A stretch of 63,845 nt of DNA, filler included, from Octopus bimaculoides (lineage: Eukaryota), in the NCBI RefSeq assembly GCF_001194135.2. It is 4 parts of 4 records of this genome, joined end to end, with 100 filler letters (N's around TTAATTAATTAA, not from the genome) between each part and the next. Parts side by side here need not be neighbours in the genome. Positions count along the whole stretch, not along the records: positions 37,395 to 58,069 come from NC_068992.1; 3 more parts are not named here. One strand, given 5' to 3'. The position numbers and the translations under genes were made by a program. The notes below the pieces were generated by a model. The model made no database searches. It was not told the origin of the DNA and was given only the letters and a program-made list of their open reading frames with translations. How positions within the stretch are numbered: position 1 is the first letter of the stretch; each line of letters begins with the position of its first letter. Of the stretch, positions 38,433 through 52,531 are shown piece after piece.

Positions 38433-38812
38433 GGAGGCGCAATGGTCCGGTTGTTAGGGCAGTGGACTCGCGGTCATAGGATCACGGTTTCGATTCCCAG
38501 AGCGGGCGTTGTGAGTGTTTATTGAGTGAAATCACCGAAAAGCTCCATGAGGCTCCGGCAGGGGATGGTGGTGAACCCTGCTGAACTATTTTACCACAAT
38601 TTTCTCTCACGCTTACTTCCTATTTCTGTTCTACCCGTAATTCAAAGGGCCAGCCTTGTCACACTGTGTCACACTGAATATTCCCGAGAACTACATTAAG
38701 GGTACACGTGTTTGTGGAGTGCTCAGCCACTTGCACATTAATTTCACGAGCAGGCTGTTCCGTTGGTCGGATCAACCGGAACCCTCGTCATTGTAAGCCA
38801 CGGAGTGCCAAC
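38433..38812 (+). mobile_element. full-length tRNA-derived SINE (family 3), second copy
   Basis: Colinear with 31676-32057 from GAGGCGCAATG to CGGAGTGCCAACA; B box GGTTTCGATTCC. Confidence 0.9.
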
Positions 38813-40002
38813 ATGTATGTATGATATTAACATATGTATATATATATTTACATAGAACATAAAAATACAGAATACAACACAATTTCTTAACTAGATATCT
38901 GTTTCAGAAACTCGCAGTTAACCAATAATCGTAATAATCATAATCTGCAGATGGAATGTGCAAAAATTCTTGGGCATGCAACCAGTAAACAGTCACACGG
39001 AGATATTACAATAAGTCCGATTCCGCTCAGCTAGTGAAGGTTGGCAAAAGTGGTTCATATAGTAGTGCCAGAAATATTAACGTCTGGAGGAAGGAAGAGG
39101 GGAGGAAAACAAGAATGACAGGTAAGAAGTGGGAGGATGATATTTAAGATATAGGAAGGAAGGAACAGGTAGAAAAGAAGAAAGGAGGGGGATTTCTACG
39201 ACATAGGGGGAATGAACAGAAGTAGAACGGAAGAAATAGAAAGAGTATGACAGATGGGAGAGTTAAAGTCAGGGTGATGGAGGTTACTGGTGGTCAAGGG
39301 AATCTTCCTAAACGGTCAGTAAATGAGTTAGGGATGGCAACCAGACAGACACAATGGAAGAGATAAGCAGTGCAGAAAAAGGTTGGGATGAGGGCAGTAG
39401 AAGTGGAAGGTATGTTAGGTAAGGAGAAAATGGTACAAAGTGAAAGGAGAAAGGAGAAAGAAAATGCTGCTGGCATTGCTAATAAGTAAAGATGTTAAAC
39501 ACAAGTAGGAGATATCATAATGAATTTACATAATGGGCAAATGTGGTTTAAAAGTTCTACAACGAGAAGATTACTCCTGATAACGAGGTGTTATGAAGGA
39601 GAAGATTCCCTACAGCATAAATTACAAACAAGGGTGTTACTATTTTACGACGAAGCCCCACAAACTATGAAACACGTTAAGGTAGAGAGAATAATCTGGG
39701 ATTTGAGGTGGTGTATATATATGAAGGTAAATGGGCCTAAAACTTTGGGTTTTGCAATCGTCGTCGAGGCCATTATGCGATGACCGACTTTGTACTAGAG
39801 CACCGCGGCGAGTAAAGAAACCGCGGAGTCAAACCCGGCGGAAGCTGGCTGTTAGTGCATTAACCTCACGAACGGGCATTGCAGATATTTCAAATGGGCA
39901 ATGGTCAGTGATTTTCTTCCTCAGCCACGACTGAGAGGTCATCATATGTGTGAGTGAGTGTGTGTGTGCGTGCGTGCATGTGTGCGCGTGTGTTTGTGTG
40001 TA

Positions 40003-40038
<36 letters not shown>

Positions 40039-40114
40039 AGTGTCCGTGTCCGTGTCCGGGTCTGTGTGTGTGCGTGTATATGTGTGTGTGTGTCTGTGTG
40101 CGTGCAAGTGTGTG

Positions 40115-40169
<55 letters not shown>

Positions 40170-40539
40170 GTGCCCAAATAACTGTTTTGGGTTTTGAACC
40201 CCGCTTGTGTTCTGCGTTTATATATACGCCACACCTAGAACTTATTCGGAATTGAATCTACAGTTAATTTTTCATCTGTTACTATGTATATATCTATGTC
40301 TAACTGTACATACTCATACATACATACATACATACATACATACATGCATATATATATATGGTGGTTGTCTACTCCTCACACAGAGTTTGACCACCTCCTG
40401 CACCTAGACCTTAGCCCTTTCATGGCGTCTGATGTGGCTTTTTAAACCAGACAATGTTTTGAAAAAACACCCACACAGATTGCACCTCTGATTTCCGCTA
40501 CCAATACCTGCAAATATATATATATATATACACATATAT

Positions 40540-40943
40540 CAGGCATGTGCCGTCAGTAATTACTTAGGGTAGGCAGTTGGTGACTTTATAGTGAAAAACA
40601 CACGCAAAAAATAATAAGCGAAACACAGGCGTACGATTGAGTTGAAGGCAGATTTACTCCTGCCTTTATAACACCTAAAGAAAAAGGTGGTGTAGGAGTC
40701 TACACAGCAGTAGTAAGAGTAGCTTAAATACTGAGATTGAAAGGCAGGGGTGAATTATGCCTACATAATCTGCAAAAAGAAAACAAAACAAAATATTTTG
40801 CATTTTACGCATAGTAATCAAAGTAACTTTAATAGACTTATTGAATTAGGTGCATATTTTGCCATAAAAGGAAAATATTGCTCTGTCGATCTATGTTATC
40901 AAAGGTAGGCACTGCCTCCCCTACCTACCTAGGTGGAACGTGC

Positions 40944-40946
<3 letters not shown>
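40540..40946. mobile_element. putative MITE with short TIRs, inserted in (TA)n
   Basis: TATATCAGGCATGTGCC at the left end versus GGAACGTGCCTGATATA at the right end; GGTAGGCA motif near both ends. Confidence 0.45.
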
Positions 40947-41014
<68 letters not shown>

Positions 41015-41020
41015 AGATGC

Positions 41021-41063
<43 letters not shown>

Positions 41064-41643
41064 AGACAATGAAGAGTTGATTTAACTTATTGTGCTTTTG
41101 ATGCTAAGTTCTCAGCCATTCGTGGCGTCCTACATGTCGATATACTTAAAATTGTAATGATTCCTGTAAATGATCTATATTTGTGCGCCCACGCGCGTGC
41201 GTATGTGTAAATGTGTGTGTAGATAGATATATAAATATGCACAAGCACATATGAAACCCACACGCACATATGACACCCACATTATCAAGATGCAGATACA
41301 CAAAATTTGAATATGAGTAAAGGGAACTACTTTATATTTCTAAATATCATTTTAAGTAGTTATGATGCAAGCATTAAAAACAAAGAGTTAATTCACCTGA
41401 TCTGAATATTTATTTCTATGTGATTAAATATTAGGAAAGACTTAAATGTAGTTTAGACAGGTCTTTTATTTTTATCACTGAAACATATTAATGCTTCTTT
41501 CAATATATAGATGTGTAATTTATTCAAAATTATATTATTATACACATATGTATTCACACACCAAAGAAGATAGATGTATGTATGTATGTATGTATGTATG
41601 TATATACAAATATATATACATAAATTTATATATACATATATAC

Positions 41644-41722
<79 letters not shown>

Positions 41723-42302
41723 AATATATATATACATATATACATACATATGTACACACACACATATACATATATATATATACATAAATATATACACATG
41801 TATATACATTTATTCAGTAGATATGCTTGTGCCTAGAGATAGAAAATTAGAGTAATAAAAGATAACGTTTAAGAAGTTACATTTCACTCTCTCATTCCTC
41901 TCTCCTTCTCTCTCTTTTTTTCCTCTTCCTCTCTCTCTCGAGTTTTCTTTCTCTGAGCAAACCTGTTTCTTACTTTCTCACCTTTTTTCAACATCGCTCC
42001 AATCGACACCTTACAGCTAATGTATGAATTACTCATTTGATAAGGTTCCAGTGTAATGAAAACTGTATGAAAAAATTGTATATGAAAATGCGATAAAATA
42101 GAAGGTTCTATATAAAAAATGCTGCACCTCATAGGAATGAATAATCATAGAATAACTACAGAGTATAATACTTCACAACAAGTAAAATTTTATTGATGAT
42201 AAAAAATACATATATACATATATGACTCTATGGATGTGTACGCGTGTATGTGTATACATGCAAACATACATATATAACACACATGTATACACACATATAT
42301 TA

Positions 42303-42340
<38 letters not shown>

Positions 42341-42371
42341 NNNNNNNNNNCTCTCTTTCTCTCTCTCTCTT

Positions 42372-42415
<44 letters not shown>

Positions 42416-42441
42416 CCCTACATACATATACACACACACAC

Positions 42442-42494
<53 letters not shown>

Positions 42495-43492
42495 GGTGTG
42501 CATATATATGGGAGAGATGAAATGGAATCCTTGTCACACCCTTCAAATTGGCACCTTCTTTCATTTCCTATACAGTTGACTTTAATATTTTTTTTGTTCC
42601 ATTATTTGTAATTGTCAATTTGGCATCATATTCTCTACCATATGAACTCTGTTTTCACCCATTAACCATACCCCATTGATAATCTTAATTATACTTCAGT
42701 GACATTTTTCTTTTTTTTTTACTGTTTTCATGTATATTCCATTAATAAGAGGTTTAATTTGCTTGTTTTGTTATTATATTTGTTTGTTGCTTTATTTTTT
42801 TTATAGTTCTTTTTCTTTTCTGTTATAATTATTCAGAAATTCTTTTTTACTATTTAGAATTTTGTGATATTCTAGTTTCTTTTCCATTTCCATTTATATT
42901 TTGTTTTTCTTTTACAACAAAATAAATTTTAAAATACACACTCCCATACACAAAAAAATAATAATATTAGAAATAAAGTTTAAAAATTACTATATTGAAA
43001 CAAATGTTTATAATTTCCTTTTTCCATTATTTTTCCTATTATTATTTGTCTTGTTTCATTTATTGTTGTTTTGCAACAATAAACATCTGTTCTAACATCC
43101 ATTAATGAAAAATATTGGTAAATTCATTTCCTCGGTTACAATGTTAATCAACTTAAATTAATTTCCTTTAGGTTTTTTAATAAAATTACTTCCCCACCCA
43201 ACTGTGATACATTTCTTTCTTTTCCTTTCCAGTCTATATTTCTCGTTATGCTGATGTTTTATTCAAACCCTCCTTTTATCACTCTCAAGCATTGTTTTCC
43301 TTCTTTTTTATCTATTTACATATTTATTTAATTATTTATCTATTTATTTTTGTCTTCAATCATAAATATTTTGTGATACAAGAGTGAAATAAATATATAT
43401 ATATATTATTTTCTCTAACTCTATGTAAGAACTCAACTAAATTAAGTTCCTTTTCTATCTTACTTCCTCATCCTATCTCTCTTTCTCTTTCC

Positions 43493-43528
<36 letters not shown>

Positions 43529-44884
43529 TGCTTTATGTCACTACTCCACTTGCTTTGCATTTCCTTTCTTTCACTTCTACTTTTCTCTCTTTTCTCTCCC
43601 TTTTCTTTTTAACAATGTTTTCTTTTATTTAGAAGCATTTACAGTGCATTTTTGTTTTTCACTTTGTATTTCCAGTGAAACAGAATAATGAGGAAAAAAG
43701 GGAAATTATATTTCCTGTTTAAATAACTATGCATATAACATCACTGTGTGCAAATGCTACTTAAACTGTTTTGTTTTCCTACTGTCTTCTGATGTTACAT
43801 TTCCTGCATTCACATCTGCCATTGTAGGTTGAGCTGTGAATTTTTTTCAATTCACTCATCTGTGTTTGCATACCTTCCTTCTTTGATTTTTTTCCTCGAA
43901 TTTGTTATAAGAACATTTGATTTACTTACTCATTTTTACAAATCCCACAACAAGAAAGGAAATAGAACATATGTTCTTTAATAAATCACATGCATTTCCC
44001 ACTAAGTTGAACTCCCCATTTCAAATGATGGTTCACTTGGCTTTTACATTATGGCATGCTTTTAAAAAAGGAAAAGATAGCAGACAAGCAAGGCAACAAA
44101 CAAACAGATACAGGCGTCCAGGCAGATATTAAGGTGCAGAAAAAAACAATATAAGTTGAAAGAGTAACCAAAACAAATGCGATGCGTGATTTCACTTCAA
44201 GCAATTTAGTATTGCAGTTTAAAAACAAAAGACTGTTATTATAGTAGCTTTGTTCACAGTGCTAAAGTTGCTAAAATGATAATGGGTCAGGCAAAATAAT
44301 AAAAGAATCAAAGAAATATTTTCTACATGGTTGCTCTTGTTGCTCAATTTAGTACATATGTCTCTCTCAAATTACACTATAGCCTCTTATAAAAAGAAAG
44401 GTACATTGCAAAATAATTATTATTATCAGAAAAACAAGATGATTATGGCTAGAATTGCTGTTCTCATATTGAGAAATAAGGAGTGGATTTGTATTTTATA
44501 TCACTCAAAGAAAAAATAAATACAAGGCATCTACTGCAATTGATACAAATAATTATATTCTTTACCTATAGAGTTATAATTTTATTAGCGTAGTTAATCC
44601 CAATGTCTCTGCTTTCAGTTGAATATATTCCAGCAAGTAACTACTAAGTGGAAGTTTCAATATAATTCATGATTTTGGGAGACAAAAATATATGAAAGTA
44701 TTCAAGCAAAGTGTTATAAACGCAAAAATAAACAACCCATTAAAGTCAACATCATAGAGTCTATCACACCTCAGCCTGCTAGAAGTGAGAGGAACCTTCC
44801 ATAATGAAGTTCTAGATATTCAGCATATACTATTGAGAGGAGACCAGAATAAGTATAATTGCAATACTTAGGGGTTTTAAAATT

Positions 44885-45085
44885 GGCACAAGGAAAGCAA
44901 TTTCAGGGGAGTGGAAATGTCGATTAGCTCAACTCCAGTACTCAACTGGTACTTATCTTATCAACCCTGAAAGACTGAAAAGCAAAGTCAACTTTGGCAG
45001 ATTTTGAACTCAGAATGTAAAGACTAATGAAATACCACTAAGCATTTTAGCCAGTGAACTATCGATTCTGCCAGCTCAGCACCTT
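44885..45085 (-). mobile_element. CORE-type SINE copy (diverged)
   Basis: ACTGGTACTTATCTTATCAACCC...AAAGTCAACTTTGGCAGATTTTGAACTCAGAATGT...AATACCACTAAGCATTT. Confidence 0.75.
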
Positions 45086-46009
45086 AAAAGCAATACTTAT
45101 TGATAAACTATACTAATCATGTTATCTGTTTACAGGAAGCTGCACTGATTCATTAAGAATTAAAATTCAATGACCTCTCCGTTGATGCAACACAAACTGA
45201 AACATAAATTCATGTCTGTAACATAACCAGAAGAGCATAGCATGCATGCCATTCTTCATAGCCTTTGAAAGGAAAGTTGCAGTTTTCCTAAGTTTCTGTG
45301 TTGCATCTAAATAGCTTCTGCTTGCAGATTTTACTGATCTCACTTCTGCCTTTAGAACATTGTTTTACACTTATAAATGTGTGTGTTTGTGTGTGTGTGT
45401 GTGTGCCTGTCTGTCTGTCTGTTTGTCTGTCTTTCTGTGTGTTTGATGTGTGTGATGCGTGTGTGTTTATGTCTGTCTGTGTTTGTGATGTGTGTGTCTG
45501 TGTTTGTGTGTATGTGTGAATTTGTCTATTTGTCTATCTGTGTCTGTAATGTGTTTGTGATGTGTGTGTGTATCTGTCTGTTTGTCTGTCTGATATGTGT
45601 GTGTATCTGTCTGTTTGTCTGTGTGATGTGTGTGTGTGTGTATGTGTGTGCTTGTGAAGATACCTACAGAGATTACTGATCATGATTGTTCAGTTGTTCT
45701 ATAAATCGTTCAATTAGCTTCTATGTGACTGAGTATTCCACAGCAGGCATGTCACATTAATGTAATTCGCATGCAAAATCAGTGATACATGTTGTGATAA
45801 AGGTGTATATTTGGTTTACAATTCAAAAATCCCGTTCTACATACTATATATCTTTCCACATTCTCTGGAAAGTGGGTCAACATGATGCTATAGGAAATGA
45901 CTCACCAATGATGCTATGCAATGAACTCGGAATGAAACCTAATGCTTAAGAAGAGAACTTTCAAACAGATCAACCATTATGCATTTACAGGCATTATGTG
46001 TCTGTAGAT

Positions 46010-46052
<43 letters not shown>

Positions 46053-46613
46053 AAAAGAAACGCATACATATATATTTCAGATACATATATTAAATAATAT
46101 TTTATACATGAATGGTATTAAGTCCTATAATTTATTGCTTCTCATGAATGAACACACATACACACTCACACACATACACATACACACACAAACACACACA
46201 CAGATTATTAATACAAGAAAATGGCTTGAACAGGCTTTATTATATATCACTACAACTGTTTCAATGCATCATTATCAACTGTTCAATTACTGATGTTACA
46301 TATATTATAAACAAGACTTCATTAATATTACTCAGTAAGAATTGCATATATTTCCCTTCAGGTGAACAGATTCAAAAGCTTATATTTTGATTGTGCACAT
46401 TTTATACGTTGACGGAAATAGAAATGTCAGCATAAACAAAGAAATACAAATGATAAAAATATATTTATATTTCATTCCATTTTGGCTACCTCTGATGAGC
46501 GTACAGTTATTTAATTGCATTATCACCTAACATTCCATTGTACCCCTAGTGCAAAACTGATAGATAAGGTCAGCCATGATGGATATATAATACTGTACAG
46601 TTCGGATAATATA

Positions 46614-46659
<46 letters not shown>

Positions 46660-47228
46660 TGTGTGTGTATAAACATTACCAATCTCACATAATGAATGGA
46701 TTTTGCTTGTTTCCAGGCGTCTTGCAATAAAGTGCTTTTGTGACAACTCCGGCAGTGGATCAGAGGTTACACGTGAGAAAAAAGGTGTAAAGTTTAAGTA
46801 GTAGGATCGACACAATTCACCATCGAATGGATGGTGGATTGTCTCCTTTAGCCAAATATTTTTTTTCACACTGTCTAGTCTATACATCCACAAAATAGGA
46901 AATTATTATCATGGGGACCTGGCAGATTTACCCTATCAAAAATCATCACTACTTTCAAGGAGCATTTTCTAATTTCAGTCGCTTAATTGCTTCAAAGCAT
47001 TGATTAACTCCGAGGAATTGAACCTATAGATGCTTGTCATAATTTATCTTATTACTATGTTGTTTTATTATCACAAGCTAAAGTAAACAGATACAAAATA
47101 TGTTTTTAGGAATATGGACACAAATACATTTATTATTCACCAACTAGCCATCAGTACGTCATGTCTGAAGGAAATTCTACATTTACATATATACAGACAT
47201 GCATGTGATACACACGTATGTAGTTGCA

Positions 47229-47292
<64 letters not shown>

Positions 47293-47301
47293 GAGAGAGA
47301 G

Positions 47302-47334
<33 letters not shown>

Positions 47335-48031
47335 CATACATACATACATACATGCATATATATATATATATAAANNNNNNNNNNNNNNNNNNNNNNNNNN
47401 NNNNNNNNNNNNNNNNNNNNNNNNNNNNNNNNNNNNNNNNNNNNNNNNNNNNNNNNNNNNNNNNNNNNNNNNNNNNNNNNNNNNNNNNNNNNNNNNNNNN
47501 NNNNNNNNNNNNNNNNNNNNNNNNNNNNNNNNNNNNNNNNNNNNNNNNNNNNNNNNNNNNNNNNNNNNNNNNNNNNNNNNNNNNNNNNNNNNNNNNNNNN
47601 NNNNNNNNNNNNNNNNNNNNNNNNNNNNNNNNNNNNNNNNNNNNNNNNNNNNNNNNNNNNNNNNNNNNNNNNNNNNNNNNNNNNNNNNNNNNNNNNNNNN
47701 NNNNNNNNNNNNNNNNNNNNNNNNNNNNNNNNNNNNNNNNNNNNNNNNNNNNNNNNNNNNNNNNNNNNNNNNNNNNNNNNNNNNNNNNNNNNNNNNNNNN
47801 NNNNNNNNNNNNNNNNNNNNNNNNNNNNNNNNNNNNNNNNNNNNNNNNNNNNNNNNNNNNNNNNNNNNNNNNNNNNNNNNNNNNNNNNNNNNNNNNNNNN
47901 NNNNNNNNNNNNNNNNNNNNNNNNNNNNNNNNNNNNNNNNNNNNNNNNNNNNNNNNNNNNNNNNNNNNNNNNNNNNNNNNNNNNNNNNNNNNNNNNNNNN
48001 NNNNNNNNNNNNNNNNNNNNNNNNNNNNNNN

Positions 48032-48067
<36 letters not shown>

Positions 48068-48699
48068 TACCGTGTTATTAATCTTGAGAGATCCTCGCAA
48101 ATAGGCGCTTTGTATGTATGTGTGTATATGTGTGCGTGTGTATGCACATATCTATACAAATGATGGTGGGGAAGATCAACCACGGTTGTTCAAGCTCCGG
48201 CTTGCATCCCAGCCAACCACTGGTTTGCTTCCTTCATTCAAAGTCACCGAGTGGACTTCTCTGGAGCTTCATTGCTATTATCTATAGAACTCCTCTTTAC
48301 TGTGTCAGTAGCTCCAAACCTAGCCGGAACTTTGCTGGTTGCCTCACACTCCCTGCACCCAGGAATTTCAGATCACTATATTTTGGTGGAGTGTTTTAAG
48401 TACAATGTGAATATCGCTACATTTTGCCAGTATATTCGGCTGAACGCCTAGACGTTAACAACCGAGAACAGTGAAAACGTTTTCCATAAAAATTTTAAAC
48501 ATCATTGCAATATAATAGTATCCCTTTCCATCCAAATAATGTACTGTAAATGTAGAATTATAAATAAGAAGTAGTGGCGCAACAAGACACCAAAGTTTGC
48601 TGGAAACAGCAGTCGATATTTTAAAATTTCGTCACAGGTGAATCTAGTTGATGAGGACTAATTAAATGAGGGCATGTCTTAGAGGACCACTATAAAAAG

Positions 48700-49620
48700 C
48701 AGTGGCCCTAAGACAGTGCTCTGTAGAACACCACTTACTATTTGTGTTTTCTTTGGTGCAACTCCATTACCTGATGTGTGTCTTTTACAAAGTCGTGTAG
48801 CCACTCTTCAAGTTTTCCGATTATGCCCAGATCATACAATGTGTGACATATACCATGGTCGACTTTATCAAAGGCTTTTGCAAAGTCGAGATATGTCACA
48901 TCTACACTTTAATCGTTTAGCAGCTGTTTTAACACCCAGCCACAATGTTGTAAGAGCCGTGTGAGGCAGGTTCTACCTGATCGAAATCCATGCTGGGTGT
49001 CAGTCAGCAAGGTATTTTCTCCAAGGAACGTGATTAGAGTCTTGCCAACTGTTCGTTCCATGACTTTGCTGATTTGTGAGGTCAGAGATGTAGGCCTTTA
49101 ATTTCTAGCATCTCCTCTTCTTCCTCCTTTATGGATAGGGCATATTATTCTTTCCTCTGGTTTGTCTGGGAGCTTAACACATGTAAGATAGCTCTGAAAC
49201 AGAAGCTGTAGCTGTTTTGCAGGGGATCGTTTGCAAAATTTCAGGATTGTTGGGAATCCGTCAGGGCCAGCAGCTGCGTTTGGGTCAGCCTCATCTCTGG
49301 CCAGTGCAACATCTTTTTTTATGTTGATGTAATCAATTTTCACCTCTTTATTTAAAGATAAAGTGGCAAAGAATTCTGCTGGTTTGTTCACTTGCCTGTG
49401 TCCCAGAGGAGTAGTAAACACACAGTGAAACTGTTCGTTTAGTATTTCACTTATCATCATTGGCTTTCCTGTGAGGGAGCTATCTATTAGGAAAAGGAAC
49501 CCTGTCTTGTGGCATACCAAGCCTGTTTATTTGGCAAAGTTAAAAAAAGCTTCAGGGTTCGATTTGATACTTTTTATAACCCAGGCTTCCTTATCTGCTC
49601 TCTCTTTTCTCAATCGCCAA
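48700..49620 (-). mobile_element. decayed CR1/Jockey-type LINE reverse transcriptase fragment
   Basis: AAGPDGFP, ICPIHKGG, TQHGFRSGRTCLT, TYLDFAKAFDKVDHG and LGIIGKL.EWL..F motifs in order. Confidence 0.85.
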
Positions 49621-49667
49621 CAGTACTCTCTTCGTAATGTGTGTATACGTATGTATCAGTGTGTGTG

Positions 49668-49925
49668 AGGACACGTGGCCTAGTGGGTAGCATGTTCCAC
49701 TCATGGTCACAAGGTTTTGCTTTTGGTTCGTAAATGTCGATGCGTTGCGTTCTTGAGCAAAACACTAGATTTCATGTTGGTCATGTCCACTCAACACTAG
49801 ATGGGTAACCCTGCAATGGAGTGGCGTCATTCAGGGGAATGTTGGTCAATAGAGCGGCAACATTCGAAAGCTACAACAATGTAAGGAAGCGCATTGTAAC
49901 CAGCGTTGTGTAACAATATCTGATA
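49668..49925 (+). mobile_element. old tRNA-derived SINE remnant
   Basis: A-box-like GTGGCCTAGTGGGTAG, then GGTTCG, and GGGTAACCCTGCAATGGA.TGGCGTCAT.CAGGGG central block. Confidence 0.5.
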
Positions 49926-49965
49926 GTCGAGCTGATATAATTATTTATATATACATATATATATG

Positions 49966-50027
<62 letters not shown>

Positions 50028-50672
50028 NNNNNNNNNNNNNNNNNNNNNNNNNNNNNNNNNNNNNNNNNNNNNNNNNNNNNNNNNNNNNNNNNNNNNNNNN
50101 NNNNNNNNNNNNNNNNNNNNNNNNNNNNNNNNNNNNNNNNNNNNNNNNNNNNNNNNNNNNNNNNNNNNNNNNNNNNNNNNNNNNNNNNNNNNNNNNNNNN
50201 NNNNNNNNNNNNNNNNNNNNNNNNNNNNNNNNNNNNNNNNNNNNNNNNNNNNNNNNNNNNNNNNNNNNNNNNNNNNNNNNNNNNNNNNNNNNNNNNNNNN
50301 NNNNNNNNNNNNNNNNNNNNNNNNNNNNNNNNNNNNNNNNNNNNNNNNNNNNNNNNNNNNNNNNNNNNNNNNNNNNNNNNNNNNNNNNNNNNNNNNNNNN
50401 NNNNNNNNNNNNNNNNNNNNNNNNNNNNNNNNNNNNNNNNNNNNNNNNNNNNNNNNNNNNNNNNNNNNNNNNNNNNNNNNNNNNNNNNNNNNNNNNNNNN
50501 NNNNNNNNNNNNNNNNNNNNNNNNNNNNNNNNNNNNNNNNNNNNNNNNNNNNNNNNNNNNNNNNNNNNNNNNNNNNNNNNNNNNNNNNNNNNNNNNNNNN
50601 NNNNNNNNNNNNNNNNNNNNNNNNNNNNNNNNNNNNNNNNNNNNNNNNNNNNNNNNNNNNNNNNNNNNNNNN

Positions 50673-51646
50673 CGGACTGAGCAACAAATTGCTGTTGTAT
50701 AAGACAGTATCACTCTGAGCCCGGGAAAATTGATTCGCTGATGTTCGCAGCAGCTGAGCATCCCAACCACTTAATTACATCGAATTTTCCATAAAAACCT
50801 ACATATGCATGTGTACAAAATTCAACTTTCGCAGCATCTTCAGCCACCTGACCACGGGAGGTGGAGGAAATTTGCTGACTGGGTTGTGGAGAGACTTGCA
50901 GTTGACGAAGATTTTGCAAAGAAAATCATCTTCAGTGACGAGGCCCACTTCCACTTGAGTGAATTTATCAATAGACACAATTGCCGGATTTGGGGAAAAT
51001 CCTCAATAATGCAAGAGCATGAAATGCATCCATTGAAAGCGACAGTGAGGTGTTGTTTTTGAGCAGGTGGAGTGTTTGGACCGTTCTTTGAAAATAATGA
51101 GGGGGAATGCAGTTATAATTAATAGAGAACGTTAGCGAGACTTGATATCCGCTCAGTTATGGCCGAACTTGGAATATATGGAAATAGACAAATTCTGGTT
51201 TCAACAGAATGGAACGACCTGCCACACTTCGCGCCAAACGACTGCATTACTCCATGAAAAATCTCGGCAACGAGTTATATCATTGCATAGTAAATAGTAA
51301 TGGTCACCAAGGTCCCGCAATCTTACCGCTTGTGATTTCGTCTTATTGGGGTATGTGAAATCACAGTATTCGTCAAGAAACCATGCACAATTCCTGAACT
51401 CAGGGCTGAAATAAGGCGTGTGATGGGAGGCATCGAGAGACACATCTATGAGAGAGTAATCGGAAATTTCGAGAAGCACATAAATGTATGCAGACTTAGT
51501 GCAAGTAGACATATGACGGACATTGTGTTCTATATCTAAACGGGAGGCATAACTCATTCGAAATATGCAGAATATAACCATGTTTATAAGAATTCGTTTT
51601 AACTATTCACCTTTCGAATCCGGCGCCTTTTATGGAGCAGCCTGTA
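50673..51646 (+). mobile_element. Tc1/mariner-superfamily DD41D (rosa/Visitor-type) transposon relic, 5' end lost in gap
   Basis: IIFSDEAHFHL..N..NCRIWG; FQQ(N)GTTCHT to WSPRSRNLTACDF with 41 codons between 51208-10 and the GAT at 51334-36; ends ...CAGCCTG|TA. Confidence 0.85.
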
Positions 51647-51708
51647 TGTGTGTGTGCGTGATTGCGCGCGTGTGTGTGTGTAAGTGTGTGCGTGTAGATC
51701 TATCTATC

Positions 51709-51752
<44 letters not shown>

Positions 51753-51755
51753 AAC

Positions 51756-51792
<37 letters not shown>

Positions 51793-52499
51793 CTGGGAAC
51801 ATCATAAAATAATTTAGATGTTTCTATCTCCTCTTACACAGGCAGAGGAACACTTAAATAGCAAACGAATAAGGAGTGTATGTCGATTGGAGACAAAAGT
51901 TTAGGTCATGGAAGGTGACATACTGAGTAGTAGGTAGTTTGATCAAAATGAAATACAAATTTTTGTCGTTAATATTGCGAGAAATATATTATTGCTTACA
52001 TTCATGATTCATATTCAAATGGAGAAACCACACAAAAAGACGTGATTCACTTAGTTTAAAAATGGCGCAAACTCACACATACAAACACAGTTGAGTGGTA
52101 TAATGGACCTGTCCTGAATGAATCGCTCATATAAATATTAGAAGGATAGCATTTAAGTAGGAGAGAGTCAGACATCAGAATGAGTGGAAGTCACAAACAA
52201 GAAAAAAAAAACAGAATAGAGAAAAGAAAAAGAAAATTAGAATAGCAAGACGTTAAGTGTCTTATAACTAATCAAAACGGCAAAGTCTCCCAAGTATCAT
52301 GGGATTAAATAGATTGAATAGAAACAATAGGACGACTATCAATCAAAACACAATTGCGGTCGATTCTGAAATAACCTGTCATGGATATAAAAATGATTAT
52401 ATAAATATATATATGGGAGGGGGTGTACGTGTGTGTGTGTGTGTGTATACATACATATACATACATACATGCATACATACATATACATACATGCATAGA

Positions 52500-52531
<32 letters not shown>

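Noticed and set aside
46492-46499. CTGATGAG hammerhead-like core
   Set aside because: No stem II or GAAA at a compatible distance.
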